From the NCBI GenBank assembly GCA_965218795.1, contig OZ244653.1:160001-224000 (forward strand): a stretch of DNA of 64,000 nucleotides, in the 5' to 3' direction. The translations under genes were made by a program, and so were the position numbers. The notes under the pieces are model-generated. The model did not search any database, was not told where the DNA came from, and saw only the letters and a list, made by a program, of their open reading frames with translations. This document shows positions 54,196 to 64,000 of this stretch, piece by piece (the stretch's first letter is position 1; every line of letters starts with the position of its first letter). The stretch comes from a bacterium (GTDB lineage Bacteria > UBA8248 > JACPRG01 > G963555815).

Positions 54196-56210
54196 TCAGA
54201 TCCGCCTCAAACGGCCCTGATGGGGTTTCCGTTGCGGCTCCGTGCTGTTCCCGCTCTTCCCCGGAAGCGAAGGGGCCGGATCGGCCGTACCCGTCTCGTC
54301 CTTTTCGGATTGCCTGTGGGGCCGCCTCGCGGCTTCTCCATGGGGTGTCGCTGAGGCCTGCCCGGATTCCCTCGCCTCGACTTCTTCCCGCGTCCCCTGT
54401 CCGGAACTCCGGGGATGCCTGAGCTTGAGCTCCCCTTGCCGGTCTCCGGTTGCGTCCGCTCCTTCCGATGCCTCCTCCCTGGGCACGAACCGTTCCGCCG
54501 CCCTGGGCCTGTGGACGTAGTCCAGCCCAATCCGGGCCACGGGCCAGGGTCCGGGGAACTTCAGGTACCCCTGCAGGTTCTCAAGCCGCATGATCTCCGA
54601 CGGCAGGGCCAGGGAGCGCATCTCCCGGCGCTGGGTCAGCGACACCCCGTCACGCAGCACGCTCGCCCCGTAGCTCAACCCGTGGGAGTATTCCTCCACC
54701 TCGCCCCGACCCAGGCTCTCGGCCGACCACCGGGCCGTCTCCTGGTCGGGCGCGGCCAGGACCACCCGGGTCCCGCACAGCCCGGAGATCGTCTCCGCCC
54801 CGTTCTTTCCGTAGAGGTCGCGCAAGGCCGAGATCACCTGGATCCCGAGCACGAAGCACCCTCCGAACTGGCGGGACTCGGCCAGGCCGGGCTGGAGGCT
54901 CGGCACCTGGTGGAGGGTGGGCAGCTCGTCCAGGACCACCCAGACCCTTCTGGCGTCGTCCTGATGGAGGGAGAGAAGGGCGTTCACCGCGATCTCCAGC
55001 CAGGTGGAGATGAGCCCCCTCAGGCTCGCGTGCTGGTCCCCCCTCGATGTCAGGAACAGGAACCCGGTCCCGTCCTCTCGGCTTACCCACTCCCGGATGG
55101 AGAAGGGCTCGCCCGTATCGGGCAGGTATTCCAATGCTCCCAGGTGGGCGGTCAGCATGGCCCGGACCGACAGGGCGGTCTTGGGGTTTTCGGGGTCCAC
55201 GATGGACTGGGCCACCGTGCCCTCCATGGCTTCGGCCAGGGATGTCAGGTCGGTCTTGAGCAAATGGTCGACCAGGACCCGGTTCCGGGTCTCCCCCTGC
55301 TTCCAGAGCCCGCCCGCGCCGTTGGCGAACAGCTGCCTGGCCGCCGTGACCCAGAAGGGGTCCACCGTGTCCTTCTGCTGGGGGATGAGGGCGGCCGCCA
55401 TCATGTCGAAGTCCCGGGGGGCGTCCCGGCCTCGTAGAAGGGAGACCAGCAGGGGGCCCGGGTATCGAGGGGGTTCATCAGCACGTCCCGGGCCGGATCG
55501 AAGAAGGAGCGGGTATAGCTCCCCATCTTGTCGTAGAGGATGCAGCGCTCGCCCCGGGCGCGGATCCGGGCGACGAGGTCGGAGATCAGGACGGTCTTGC
55601 CCGAGCCTGTGGTGCCCGAAACGATGGTGTGCTGGGTCTCGGCTCTCTTGGGCCAGGGGATCCCGGCGATGCGGGGGGAGGATCTACGCGCCTTGGGAGA
55701 CAAAGCCTCCATAAGACGCACGGACAGGGGCCGGACGCGCCTTCTCAGGTCCCGTGCCGTGGCCATCTCCGCTCCCCGGACCCTTTTGGCCCGGTCCAGG
55801 CGCCTTCCCCGGACAGAGAACAGGACCGCGCACAGGGCCATGCCCCCCGTTCCGAGCCACAGGCCGAGCCAAGCCTTTGAGTAGATCGTATGGAGCAGGC
55901 GTCTTCGGATCCTTTCGATCCTGGGGTCATTGGCGATATCCACGATCCTCAGGAGTGTCGTTTTGCCTTCCCTCCACTCGTACTTCTGGAGGGAGTGGCG
56001 GGAATACCCCAGTGCGAGCTTGGCCTGGGCGAGGGTGCCCGTTCCCACCAGGCGCCATTCATGGGCGGTGGTGGTTCGGAAGAGAGCTACGGAAGGGACC
56101 AGGACGATTGTCAGCGCGATGCCCAAAAGTCCCCACCTGACCAGCTGGCCCCACATGTGGACGTCGTGGGCCAGGGTCTGGCCGCCCCGGAGCGTGGCGT
56201 TGCCGAACAT
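54196..56210 (-). pseudogene. traD: TraD/TrwB-type type IV coupling protein, frameshifted at ~55416-55421
   Basis: GTTGSGKT, YDKMG, NPLDTR, LDELPTL and ESRQFGG motifs. AAGGAGG ribosome-binding site. Split at a C6 run. Confidence 0.88.
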
Positions 56211-56377
56211 GGCGGATCCCTCCTTGTTCCAAAGGCTAACGGCGGTTCCTGCACCGTTCCGTTGCCACGGGCCGGCAAGAGGCCGGGGCGGGCCGCAGTC
56301 CGGGTAGGGGACGCTTGGGCCGGAGAGGCCCGGTCACGTCCGAGACGCCTTGAACCTCGACCCCGGAGGAACGAACC

Positions 56378-56743
56378 ATGGCCGACCCCAATCCTTCTTG
56401 TAGCTGGCGCGCCCGGCCCTTTGTCCTGGGCGGGCTTGCCTTCGCCCTTGCCGTCACGGTCTTTGCCGTGGCCACGGGGACCGGCATCCGCCTCCTCGGA
56501 GGCGTCTGGTTCTGGGCGGCGATCTGGACCGTCCTGGCGGCCCTGGCGAGCGCCCTGCGGCAAGGGTTCCGCCATGGGGACTGGTCCGCCTTCAGGGGGT
56601 ACGACCTCACGGAAGACAACGGCGACCGGTTCGACTGGGCGACAAAGACCGGCCGCTACGCCTGGCTCCGCGACGCCGAGGACGGGGATCTCCACGACGA
56701 GGATCCCCTTCGCGGTCATGGCCCGAGCACCTGGTCTTCGTAG
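56378..56743 (+). CDS. Hypothetical membrane protein
   Basis: GGAGG ribosome-binding site, two hydrophobic helices, acidic tail. Confidence 0.55.
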   Translation: MADPNPSCSWRARPFVLGGLAFALAVTVFAVATGTGIRLLGGVWFWAAIWTVLAALASALRQGFRHGDWSAFRGYDLTEDNGDRFDWATKTGRYAWLRDAEDGDLHDEDPLRGHGPSTWSS

Positions 56744-57376
56744 AAGGGGCCGTCGCGGGTGCTCGTCCAGGGGCAGGTCGGAGCGGGTGCCGGGCGTTGT
56801 CATGGGAAGGAACATAAGGGGAAGGTTCGTGCTCGCCCACAGGTATCGATAGTGTATGGCCTACAGTTGGTTGACATTCCTGCGCACGTCCGCAATGGAA
56901 TGCGCGGGGGTGCGGCAAAAAACCGGGGATTACGGCAGGTGGAAGGGAAAAGATGGGTTCAGAGAGGAACAGGGACGAGAGGGAGGCGATCAGGCGGGAC
57001 CCGGTCCGGCTCAGGCTGATCTCCGCCAACCCGGACGACGCCCCGTACTCATGCTTCGCCCAGGACGTCGACGTCGTCGGCAAGGTGCTCTGAACTTTGC
57101 GTCAGGTGAGAGAAAAAACGCCGCAGGGCGTTCCCGTCCCCCTCCCTGGCCACTCAAGTCAAGCGACCGGGCGATGCAAACCGTTTTGTATCCGGTGGTC
57201 AGCCCGCGCGGTTCCTGTCGCGGGCCGTGCACGGCATCGGTCAGGGCGCTGTATCGCTTGGGCGAAGAGACGAGCCGGAGCCCGGCGAGGCTACCGCCCG
57301 CGTCGCGCACCAGCGCCGCGAACGCCGGCACGCCGGGCGCTCCGGTCCCGCGGGGCGCGGAGGGAACGCCCCGCCG

Positions 57377-60300
57377 TCACCAGCGGATCGTGCCGCGCAG
57401 CATCAAGCCGTGCTCGGGCGCGTCGTCGTTGGCCGGCTCGCTGCGCGTGCCTTCGAGGCTGAACGTCACGTCCGGCGCCACCAGCCAGCGCGCGCCCGTG
57501 CGCCATGACCGCCCGCCGCCGTCGGCCAGCGAGAGCCCCGCATAGGGCGTCACCAGCCCGAGGCCGCGCGGCACGCCCAGACCGTAGCCGAGCTCGGCCT
57601 CCAGACGGCGCTCCGCCTCGAACGCTTCCTCACGCACCAGCCCCGCCGCGTCGCGCGCCGACCACAGACGCTCCACGCCGCTCGACGGCGTCCCCCACAC
57701 CGGCGCCAGCGTCAGCGAGAGGCCCCGCCCCGAGGCGCCTGGGTCGAACCGCACCGAGCCGCCCGCGCCCCACTCCTCGTAAGACCCGTCCTCGTGCGCG
57801 ATGAGCGCGCGAACGCTCGCCTCCACCGTCAGGCCCGAGCCCGCGTCGGCGAAGCGGATCCGCCCGCCGACCTCGATTCCGGTCCCCGTCTCCGCGTCAC
57901 CGCCGTCGTGGCGCAGGCCCACCTCCAGGCCCGGCGTCAGCGCCACGCCCTCGCCCAGCGCGAACGCCCGCCCGGCCTCCAGCACCAGCCGCAGCCGGCT
58001 CGCATCGGCCTTCGTGGCCACCGTGTTCGCCGCCTTCTCCGACTCCATCCGCACCCAGAACGCGTCGCCGCGAAGCGCCAGGTCGATCCCGCCGGTCTCG
58101 CCCGCCTCCAGCACCGCGCCCCGCGCACCCGCGGCGCCGAGTCGCATCGAGAGGTCGGTGCGCACGGACGAGTTGCCCCGGACCGTCATGTCGCCCGTGC
58201 CGTAGCCCAGGAGGCCCCAGGCCGAGAGCCGATCGCTCAGCGTCACCCGCACGTAGGGGTTCACGCTCGTGAGCGTGCTCTCGATCTTGCCCGAATCCAC
58301 GTCCGGCTGGTCGAAGGCGCCCTTGCCCCTGCTCACCGAGACCGCCACGCCCGCGAGCCAGCGCTCCCATTGGGCGTCGGCACCCAGGATCCCGGTCGTC
58401 ACCTCGCCGTCCAGGCGCACCTTGCCCTTGTCGGCCGGCGCCTTGGCGTCAAAGCCGCCCACCGTCACCCGGCCCCAGGCCGCGAAGCCCGGTCCCCCGT
58501 CCTCGCCGCTCCCGGCCGTAAGGTGGAACGAGCTGCCGAGCAGAAGCTCGCGCCCGGTCAGGGTCCGCGACGTGGCGCCGGCCGTGTCCAGGTCCGCCCG
58601 GGAGCCGGACCGCGCCTCAACGTCTTCCGCGCCCGGGGCCCCGGCAAGCGCCCGCCGGGCGTCGACGGTCCCGGCCGACAGGTCGATGCTCCGACCGCCC
58701 AGCGTCACCCGCGAGCCCTGGGGCGGACCTGACAGGCGTCCGGACACCGCGTCCACCACCTGGCCCGCCACCGTGCGCCCGAAGCGCGACAGCCACATCT
58801 TCTGCAACGGATCGGAGTTCTCGATGGCGCCCGTCGCGACCCCGTCGGCGATCACCGCCCCCGAGGCGCTCGTGAGCCGGAGCGTGAAGGTCTCCTCGCC
58901 CTCGTCCACCGCGTCGTCCAGCACCGGCACCGAGACCGTCTTCGCCGTCTCGCCCGGATCGAAGCTGAGCGCGCCGCCGCTGCGCGTATAGTCCTCGCCC
59001 GCGGTCGCCGTCCCGTCGGCGGTCGCATAGGCCACCGCCACCGTCACCGATGCCGCCCGGCTCAGCGTCACCGCGAAGTCGATGGTCTCGTCCGCGCCTT
59101 CCCTGGCCCGCGCGTCCGCCACCGACACCGCCACAGGACCCCGCACCGTCGTCGAGATGGTGTTCGACAGCGCGCGGCCGTCCGACGTGCAGACCGCCGC
59201 CGGGGTCCGGCAGGCCGCCCCGGCCGCGAGCGTCACCGTCACGTCCGCCAGCGAGTCCGGCTCGACCGTCACCTGCCACAGGTCCCGGCGCCGGTCCACC
59301 CGGCTGGCCGACGTCGCCCGGCCCCCGGCCACCGCCACCACGTCCTCGCGCAACCGCCGGCCGTTCATCCACCCGATCCGCTCGCTGAACGCGATCCTGA
59401 ACGTGAACGCGCTCTCCCCGTCATGCTCCGCCGGCACGTCCTCGAACGACGCCGTCAGCGGCGCCTCCTCCGGGTCCGTGTTCGACTCCCGCGCCTCGTC
59501 GTTCCGAATCGTGCCCACCGCCTCGTAGTTCTTGACGCTCGCGCCGGTGACATTGCTCAGCAGCAGCTTGAACGTCTCCCCGCCGTCTTCATCCGCGTCG
59601 TCCCGGATCGGCACCTCCACCGTCTTCTCGTACTCGCCCCGGGCAAACGTCAGCGTGCCGCGCGTCTCCGTGTAGTCGGATCCCGCCTCCGCCGTGACAT
59701 CCTTCGTCCGGTAGGCAAACGTCACGCCTTCCTCACCCGGAACCCCGTCCAGTTTCACCACGAAGTTCAGGGTCGCGTCCTCGCCCTCCATCGCCTCGGC
59801 ACCGGCCACCGACAGCGCCGCGCGCTGCGCGTACTGCACCGCGCCCAGGTGACCCAGCTCCGCATCGTAGCCCCGCTCGTTGCGGACCGTGGCGCCGTTC
59901 GAGGCCAGCGTGTCGGCCACCACCTCCACCGCGCCCACCCGGCCGTCGCCGGCCGTGACCTCGTACTCGAACACCAGCGTGTTCTTTCCCGAACCGCTCA
60001 CGTACGACGCCCTGCGCGGTTGCTCGCGGTCCTCCCGGTCGCCCAGCAGCAGATCGATTGTCGGGGTGCCCCCGGTATCGTCCACCACCACCTTGTCCCG
60101 GTTCTCCGGCTCGTCGGGGGGCGTATACGGCACCGGACCCGAGAACCGGACCTTCACCCGCACCTTCTCGCCCGCCGTCCACGCGCGCCCGCTTCTGTCC
60201 ACGGTGACCTGCATCACCCGCGTGTTCGTGTACCTCGAGGCGCCGTCCCCGCCCTCCAGCGTGCGGATCGTCGCGCCCCACAGCAGCAAGCCGTCGTCCG

Positions 60301-63238
60301 CCGCCCACGCGCCCCGCGCGCCGTCCTCGGCCGCGCCCACCGTGTAGGCGAACCTCAGCGTGTCCGTCTCCGAGCCGCCCACATACGGCGCCAGCGGCGT
60401 CGACAGGGATTGGCCGTACCCCGGGCGCGCGTCGGATCTGAACGCCACCAACATGTACGGGCCCGACGGCCGGCAGGTCCCGTCGGCGTTGTAGGTCCAG
60501 CATTCCGACTTCTCCACCACCACCGGCTTGTCATAGCGCACCTCGACCACGACACGCTCCCCGGTGCTCCATACCCCGTCCGCGACCGGGCCGCTCACCA
60601 CCGTCACGCTGCGGATGGTCGCCGGCTCGAACGGCGAGACGTCGTCGTCGATGATCGTGCCCGTCGCCCCCGGGTCTCCAATCTGTGAGTTCGACGACAG
60701 GTTCGACAGCCGCACCGTGAAGGTCTCGTTCTCCTCGTCGGTGGCGTCGTCGGCCGTCGCGACGTTGAACGTTCCTGTCCTCGACCCCGCCGCGACCGTC
60801 ACCGTCCCTCTCGTGGTCGACCCGAGATCCGCCGCCGCCGCCGTGTCGCCGCGTTCGATCGAGGCCGTCCAGTCCGCCGTCACGTCCGTCCCGGTCGTCT
60901 TCGAGAGCTGCACCGTGAAGGTCATGTCCTCGCCCTCCTCGGCCTGCGCGTCCCACACGCTCACCAAAGTCAGCTTCGGCACCGTGACCGTGTAGGTGGC
61001 CGTCCCCTGGTTGTAGTCGGCGCTCGACGCCGCGGTGGCGGTAATCACGCACTCGCCCACTCCCGCGAGCGTCAGGGCGCCCGTGGACGGGTCCACCGTG
61101 CACACACCCTCGGGCGCCGCCGAGTAGCTCAAGGTGGTCTGCACCCCGGTAGGGGGGGTGACGGTCGGAGCGGTGTCGCCATGGGTCACCGAGGCGGGGC
61201 TGTAGGCGAACCCCGTCAGCGTCTGGTCCCCCTTGGCCACCGCCGGGAAGGTGATGTCGACCGTGGCGGTGTTGCCGGCGGTGTCGGTCACCGTCACCGT
61301 GGCGGCGGCGGTGTTCGCGTCGGCCGTGTCCGGCGTCCCGTCGATGACCCCGGTGCCGGTGTCGATGTCCAGCCCCGGCGGCAGGCCCGTGGCGCCGTAG
61401 GAGGCGATGTCGGCGTCCGCGGTGCTCGGCGTCATGGCGCCGACGGCCACCCCCACCTGCAGCGACGAGGGCGCCGTGTAGGTCGCCGAAGGCGCCGCCA
61501 GGTCCACCGCGAGAGTGCGCGTCACGTCGCTCGGCGCCGTGTACCCGGTCTTGCTCGCGCTCACCGTCACCGCCACGCTCGTGCCGGTGAGGTAGGCCGC
61601 GTTCGCCGCCGCGTCCACCGACCAGGCGCCGGCGGCGGTCGAGGTCGCCGTCAGCTCCGTCGTGCCCACCGTCACGGTGACACTCACACCCCCCTGCGAG
61701 CCGGTGGCGCCCGAGATCGCGAACCCCGCCGCCTTCTCGGCGATGTTCACCGTGTCGTCACCGGCGATGGTGTCGAGGATCAGCGCCAGCGCCCCGGCCG
61801 CCTGCACCGTGACGGTGAACGCCGCGGTGGCCTCGTTGTAGTTGGCGGCGCCTGCCGCGGTGGCGGTGATGTTGCAGGCGCCCACCTCCACCAGGGTCAG
61901 GGCGCCCGTGGACGGGTCCACCGTGCACACCGTGGCCGGCGTGGCCGAGTACGCCAGGGTGGTCTGCACCCCGCCCGGCGCCGTCACCGCCGGGACGGTG
62001 TCGCCATAGGTCACCGTGGCGGGGCTGTAGGCGAACCCCGTCAGCGTCTGGTCCCCCTTGGCCACCGCCGGGAAGGTGATGTCGACCGTGGCGGTGTTGC
62101 CGGCGGTGTCGGTCACCGTCACCGTGGCGGCGGCGGTGTTCGCGTCGGCCGTGTCCGGCGTCCCGTCGATGACCCCGGTGCCGGTGTCGATGTCCAGCCC
62201 CGGCGGCAGGCCCGTGGCGCCGTAGGAGGCGATGTCGGCGTCCGCGGTGCTCGGCGTCATGGCGCCGACGGCCACCCCCACCTGCAGCGACGAGGGCGCC
62301 GTGTAGGTCGCCGAAGGCGCCGCCAGGTCCACCGCGAGAGTGCGCGTCACGTCGCTCGGCGCCGTGTACCCGGTCTTGCTCGCGCTCACCGTCACCGCCA
62401 CGCTCGTGCCGGTGAGGTAGGCCGCGTTCGCCGCCGCGTCCACCGACCAGGCGCCGGCGGCGGTCGAGGTCGCCGTCAGCTCCGTCGTGCCCACCGTCAC
62501 GGTGACACTCACACCCCCCTGCGAGCCGGTGGCGCCCGAGATCGCGAACCCCGCCGCCTTCTCGGCGATGTTCACCGTGTCGTCACCGGCGATCGCGTCG
62601 AGGGTCAGCGCCAGCGCCCCGGCCGCCTGCACCGTGACGGTGAACGCCGCGGTGGCCTCGTTGTAGTTGGCGGCGCCTGCCGCGGTGGCGGTGATGTTGC
62701 AGGCGCCCACCTCCACCAGGGTCAGGGCGCCCGTGGACGGGTCCACCGTGCACACCGTGGCCGGCGTGGCCGAGTACGCCAGGGTGGTCTGCACCCCGCC
62801 CGGCGCCGTCACCGCCGGGACGGTGTCGCCATAGGTCACCGTGGCGGGGCTGTAGGCGAACCCCGTCAGCGTCTGGTCCCCCTTGGCCACCGCCGGGAAG
62901 GTGATGTCGACCGTGGCGGTGTTGCCGGCGGTGTCGGTCACCGTCACCGTGGCGGCGGCGGTGTTCGCGTCGGCCGTGTCCGGCGTCCCGTCGATGACCC
63001 CGGTGCCGGTGTCGATGTCCAGCCCCGGCGGCAGGCCCGTGGCGCCGTAGGAGGCGATGTCGGCGTCCGCGGTGCTCGGCGTCATGGCGCCGACGGCCAC
63101 CCCCACCTGCAGCGACGAGGGCGCCGTGTAGGTCGCCGAAGGCGCCGCCAGGTCCACCGCGAGAGTGCGCGTCACGTCGCTCGGCGCCGTGTACCCGGTC
63201 TTGCTCGCGCTCACCGTCACCGCCACGCTCGTGCCGGT
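57377..63238 (-). CDS. Giant autotransporter adhesin, 3' part (Ig-like repeats, Calx-beta domains, beta-barrel)
   Basis: [17 protein letters not shown] Ig repeats; several Calx-beta motifs ([23 protein letters not shown]); WLSRFGRT; C-terminal ...LRGTIRW. Confidence 0.88.
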   Translation of the reverse strand, partial: TGTSVAVTVSASKTGYTAPSDVTRTLAVDLAAPSATYTAPSSLQVGVAVGAMTPSTADADIASYGATGLPPGLDIDTGTGVIDGTPDTADANTAAATVTVTDTAGNTATVDITFPAVAKGDQTLTGFAYSPATVTYGDTVPAVTAPGGVQTTLAYSATPATVCTVDPSTGALTLVEVGACNITATAAGAANYNEATAAFTVTVQAAGALALTLDAIAGDDTVNIAEKAAGFAISGATGSQGGVSVTVTVGTTELTATSTAAGAWSVDAAANAAYLTGTSVAVTVSASKTGYTAPSDVTRTLAVDLAAPSATYTAPSSLQVGVAVGAMTPSTADADIASYGATGLPPGLDIDTGTGVIDGTPDTADANTAAATVTVTDTAGNTATVDITFPAVAKGDQTLTGFAYSPATVTYGDTVPAVTAPGGVQTTLAYSATPATVCTVDPSTGALTLVEVGACNITATAAGAANYNEATAAFTVTVQAAGALALILDTIAGDDTVNIAEKAAGFAISGATGSQGGVSVTVTVGTTELTATSTAAGAWSVDAAANAAYLTGTSVAVTVSASKTGYTAPSDVTRTLAVDLAAPSATYTAPSSLQVGVAVGAMTPSTADADIASYGATGLPPGLDIDTGTGVIDGTPDTADANTAAATVTVTDTAGNTATVDITFPAVAKGDQTLTGFAYSPASVTHGDTAPTVTPPTGVQTTLSYSAAPEGVCTVDPSTGALTLAGVGECVITATAASSADYNQGTATYTVTVPKLTLVSVWDAQAEEGEDMTFTVQLSKTTGTDVTADWTASIERGDTAAAADLGSTTRGTVTVAAGSRTGTFNVATADDATDEENETFTVRLSNLSSNSQIGDPGATGTIIDDDVSPFEPATIRSVTVVSGPVADGVWSTGERVVVEVRYDKPVVVEKSECWTYNADGTCRPSGPYMLVAFRSDARPGYGQSLSTPLAPYVGGSETDTLRFAYTVGAAEDGARGAWAADDGLLLWGATIRTLEGGDGASRYTNTRVMQVTVDRSGRAWTAGEKVRVKVRFSGPVPYTPPDEPENRDKVVVDDTGGTPTIDLLLGDREDREQPRRASYVSGSGKNTLVFEYEVTAGDGRVGAVEVVADTLASNGATVRNERGYDAELGHLGAVQYAQRAALSVAGAEAMEGEDATLNFVVKLDGVPGEEGVTFAYRTKDVTAEAGSDYTETRGTLTFARGEYEKTVEVPIRDDADEDGGETFKLLLSNVTGASVKNYEAVGTIRNDEARESNTDPEEAPLTASFEDVPAEHDGESAFTFRIAFSERIGWMNGRRLREDVVAVAGGRATSASRVDRRRDLWQVTVEPDSLADVTVTLAAGAACRTPAAVCTSDGRALSNTISTTVRGPVAVSVADARAREGADETIDFAVTLSRAASVTVAVAYATADGTATAGEDYTRSGGALSFDPGETAKTVSVPVLDDAVDEGEETFTLRLTSASGAVIADGVATGAIENSDPLQKMWLSRFGRTVAGQVVDAVSGRLSGPPQGSRVTLGGRSIDLSAGTVDARRALAGAPGAEDVEARSGSRADLDTAGATSRTLTGRELLLGSSFHLTAGSGEDGGPGFAAWGRVTVGGFDAKAPADKGKVRLDGEVTTGILGADAQWERWLAGVAVSVSRGKGAFDQPDVDSGKIESTLTSVNPYVRVTLSDRLSAWGLLGYGTGDMTVRGNSSVRTDLSMRLGAAGARGAVLEAGETGGIDLALRGDAFWVRMESEKAANTVATKADASRLRLVLEAGRAFALGEGVALTPGLEVGLRHDGGDAETGTGIEVGGRIRFADAGSGLTVEASVRALIAHEDGSYEEWGAGGSVRFDPGASGRGLSLTLAPVWGTPSSGVERLWSARDAAGLVREEAFEAERRLEAELGYGLGVPRGLGLVTPYAGLSLADGGGRSWRTGARWLVAPDVTFSLEGTRSEPANDDAPEHGLMLRGTIRW
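61193..63238 (-). repeat. 825-bp near-identical tandem repeat, about 2.5 copies
   Basis: The GTGCCGGT anchor recurs at 61581, 62406 and 63231. Only a few substitutions separate the copies. Confidence 0.92.
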
Positions 63239-64000
63239 ATGGTGCCCTTGGCCGCGGTCAATTCACTCCCCACCCGGGCCGTGCCCGATATCGCCGGCTC
63301 ACCCGTCGCGGCGTCGTTCACCGCCGTGACGTCGATCGTCATGGTGTAGGCCGAGGCGCTCTCATCCGTGCCGTCGCTCACCTTGAAGCCGAAACTGGCG
63401 TAGTCGTCGCCGTTGGCGTTCGCCGGCGGGGTGTAGACGAGCTCGTCCGCATCGATGTCGGCCCTGGAAACCACCTGGTCCGCCGTCACCGCCGAGCCAT
63501 CGAGCATCAGGCTGCCCTTGCCGGACGCCGGCAGGGACGTAATCTCCACGCTCGCGAGCCCATCGCCCGCGTCGGTGTCGGAGAAGTTGAAGTCGCCGAC
63601 ACCGAAGGTGTAGGCCGTGTCCTCGTTCGTCGTGACCGTGCTGTTCAAGGCCGTGGGAGCGGTGTTGGCGGCCCTGACCGTTCCGCTGATTCTCATTCGA
63701 ACTATCACCGCAGAAGGGTCGCCCCAATTTGCTCCATTGTCCGAGGTAGATCGAGCGACGTTGCCGATACTCCAGTCCGGCGCGCTTTCGGAATCCTCTG
63801 CGGGCGAGAGTGTTCCTTTTGAAGAGAATCGCCCCACAGGTGCACGTATGTAGACGAAGTAATTGGTTTGTGCGGCCAGTACCGAATTCGCTGGCGCTGT
63901 GAAAGTGTTGAGGCCGGTGCTGACGGTTGTCGGGTTCAAAGCATATACTTCAGAGTCCGGAATGCCGTTCGAATCACTGTAGATCGCTACCGCTACGGAA
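63217..64000 (-). CDS. 5' part of the same adhesin (cadherin-like domain); out of frame and running off the window
   Basis: Open to the window edge. [34 protein letters not shown] and [13 protein letters not shown] motifs. Confidence 0.8.
   Translation of the reverse strand, partial: SVAVAIYSDSNGIPDSEVYALNPTTVSTGLNTFTAPANSVLAAQTNYFVYIRAPVGRFSSKGTLSPAEDSESAPDWSIGNVARSTSDNGANWGDPSAVIVRMRISGTVRAANTAPTALNSTVTTNEDTAYTFGVGDFNFSDTDAGDGLASVEITSLPASGKGSLMLDGSAVTADQVVSRADIDADELVYTPPANANGDDYASFGFKVSDGTDESASAYTMTIDVTAVNDAATGEPAISGTARVGSELTAAKGTIPARAWR

Noticed and set aside
56850-57376. Second oriT or ORF upstream of traD
   Set aside because: Only an imperfect hairpin (CATTCC..GGAATG), no nic-like motif, and no ORF with recognisable features.

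Overview
GC-rich bacterial chromosomal window. About 6 kb of ordinary genes (DUF4143 ATPase, SLT lipoprotein, DUF3047, UbiD decarboxylase, NMT1/THI5-type binding protein, RAYT/REP debris) precede a roughly 50-kb decaying genomic island. The island holds many IS elements and remnants (IS30, IS481, IS3, IS66, IS630) and three tyrosine integrases. It also holds defence-type cargo: an NDT/TIR-like protein, a Z1-domain helicase, DUF2971, a HEPN-like protein, VapBC, a HelD-like helicase and DUF4238. Remains of MOBF mobilisable elements include two truncated relaxases, a TraD-like coupling protein, an F-like nic site, an RHH-like protein and a leading-region block (ssb, primase, DUF2493, zinc-ribbon protein). 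A type I-E CRISPR-Cas locus (cas3-cse1-cse2-cas7-cas5-cas6e-cas1-cas2; 27 repeats, 26 spacers) follows, and the window ends in a giant repetitive autotransporter adhesin. Most notable: (1) the last CRISPR repeat is fused directly into a MOBF relaxase gene; (2) two spacers encode the same peptide and differ only synonymously; (3) an F-like oriT faces a correctly oriented leading region with hairpin (Frpo-like) leaders and small uncharacterised anti-defence candidates; (4) an IS630 has replaced the Cas2 C-terminus. All family calls come from motif recognition by eye, not from database searches.
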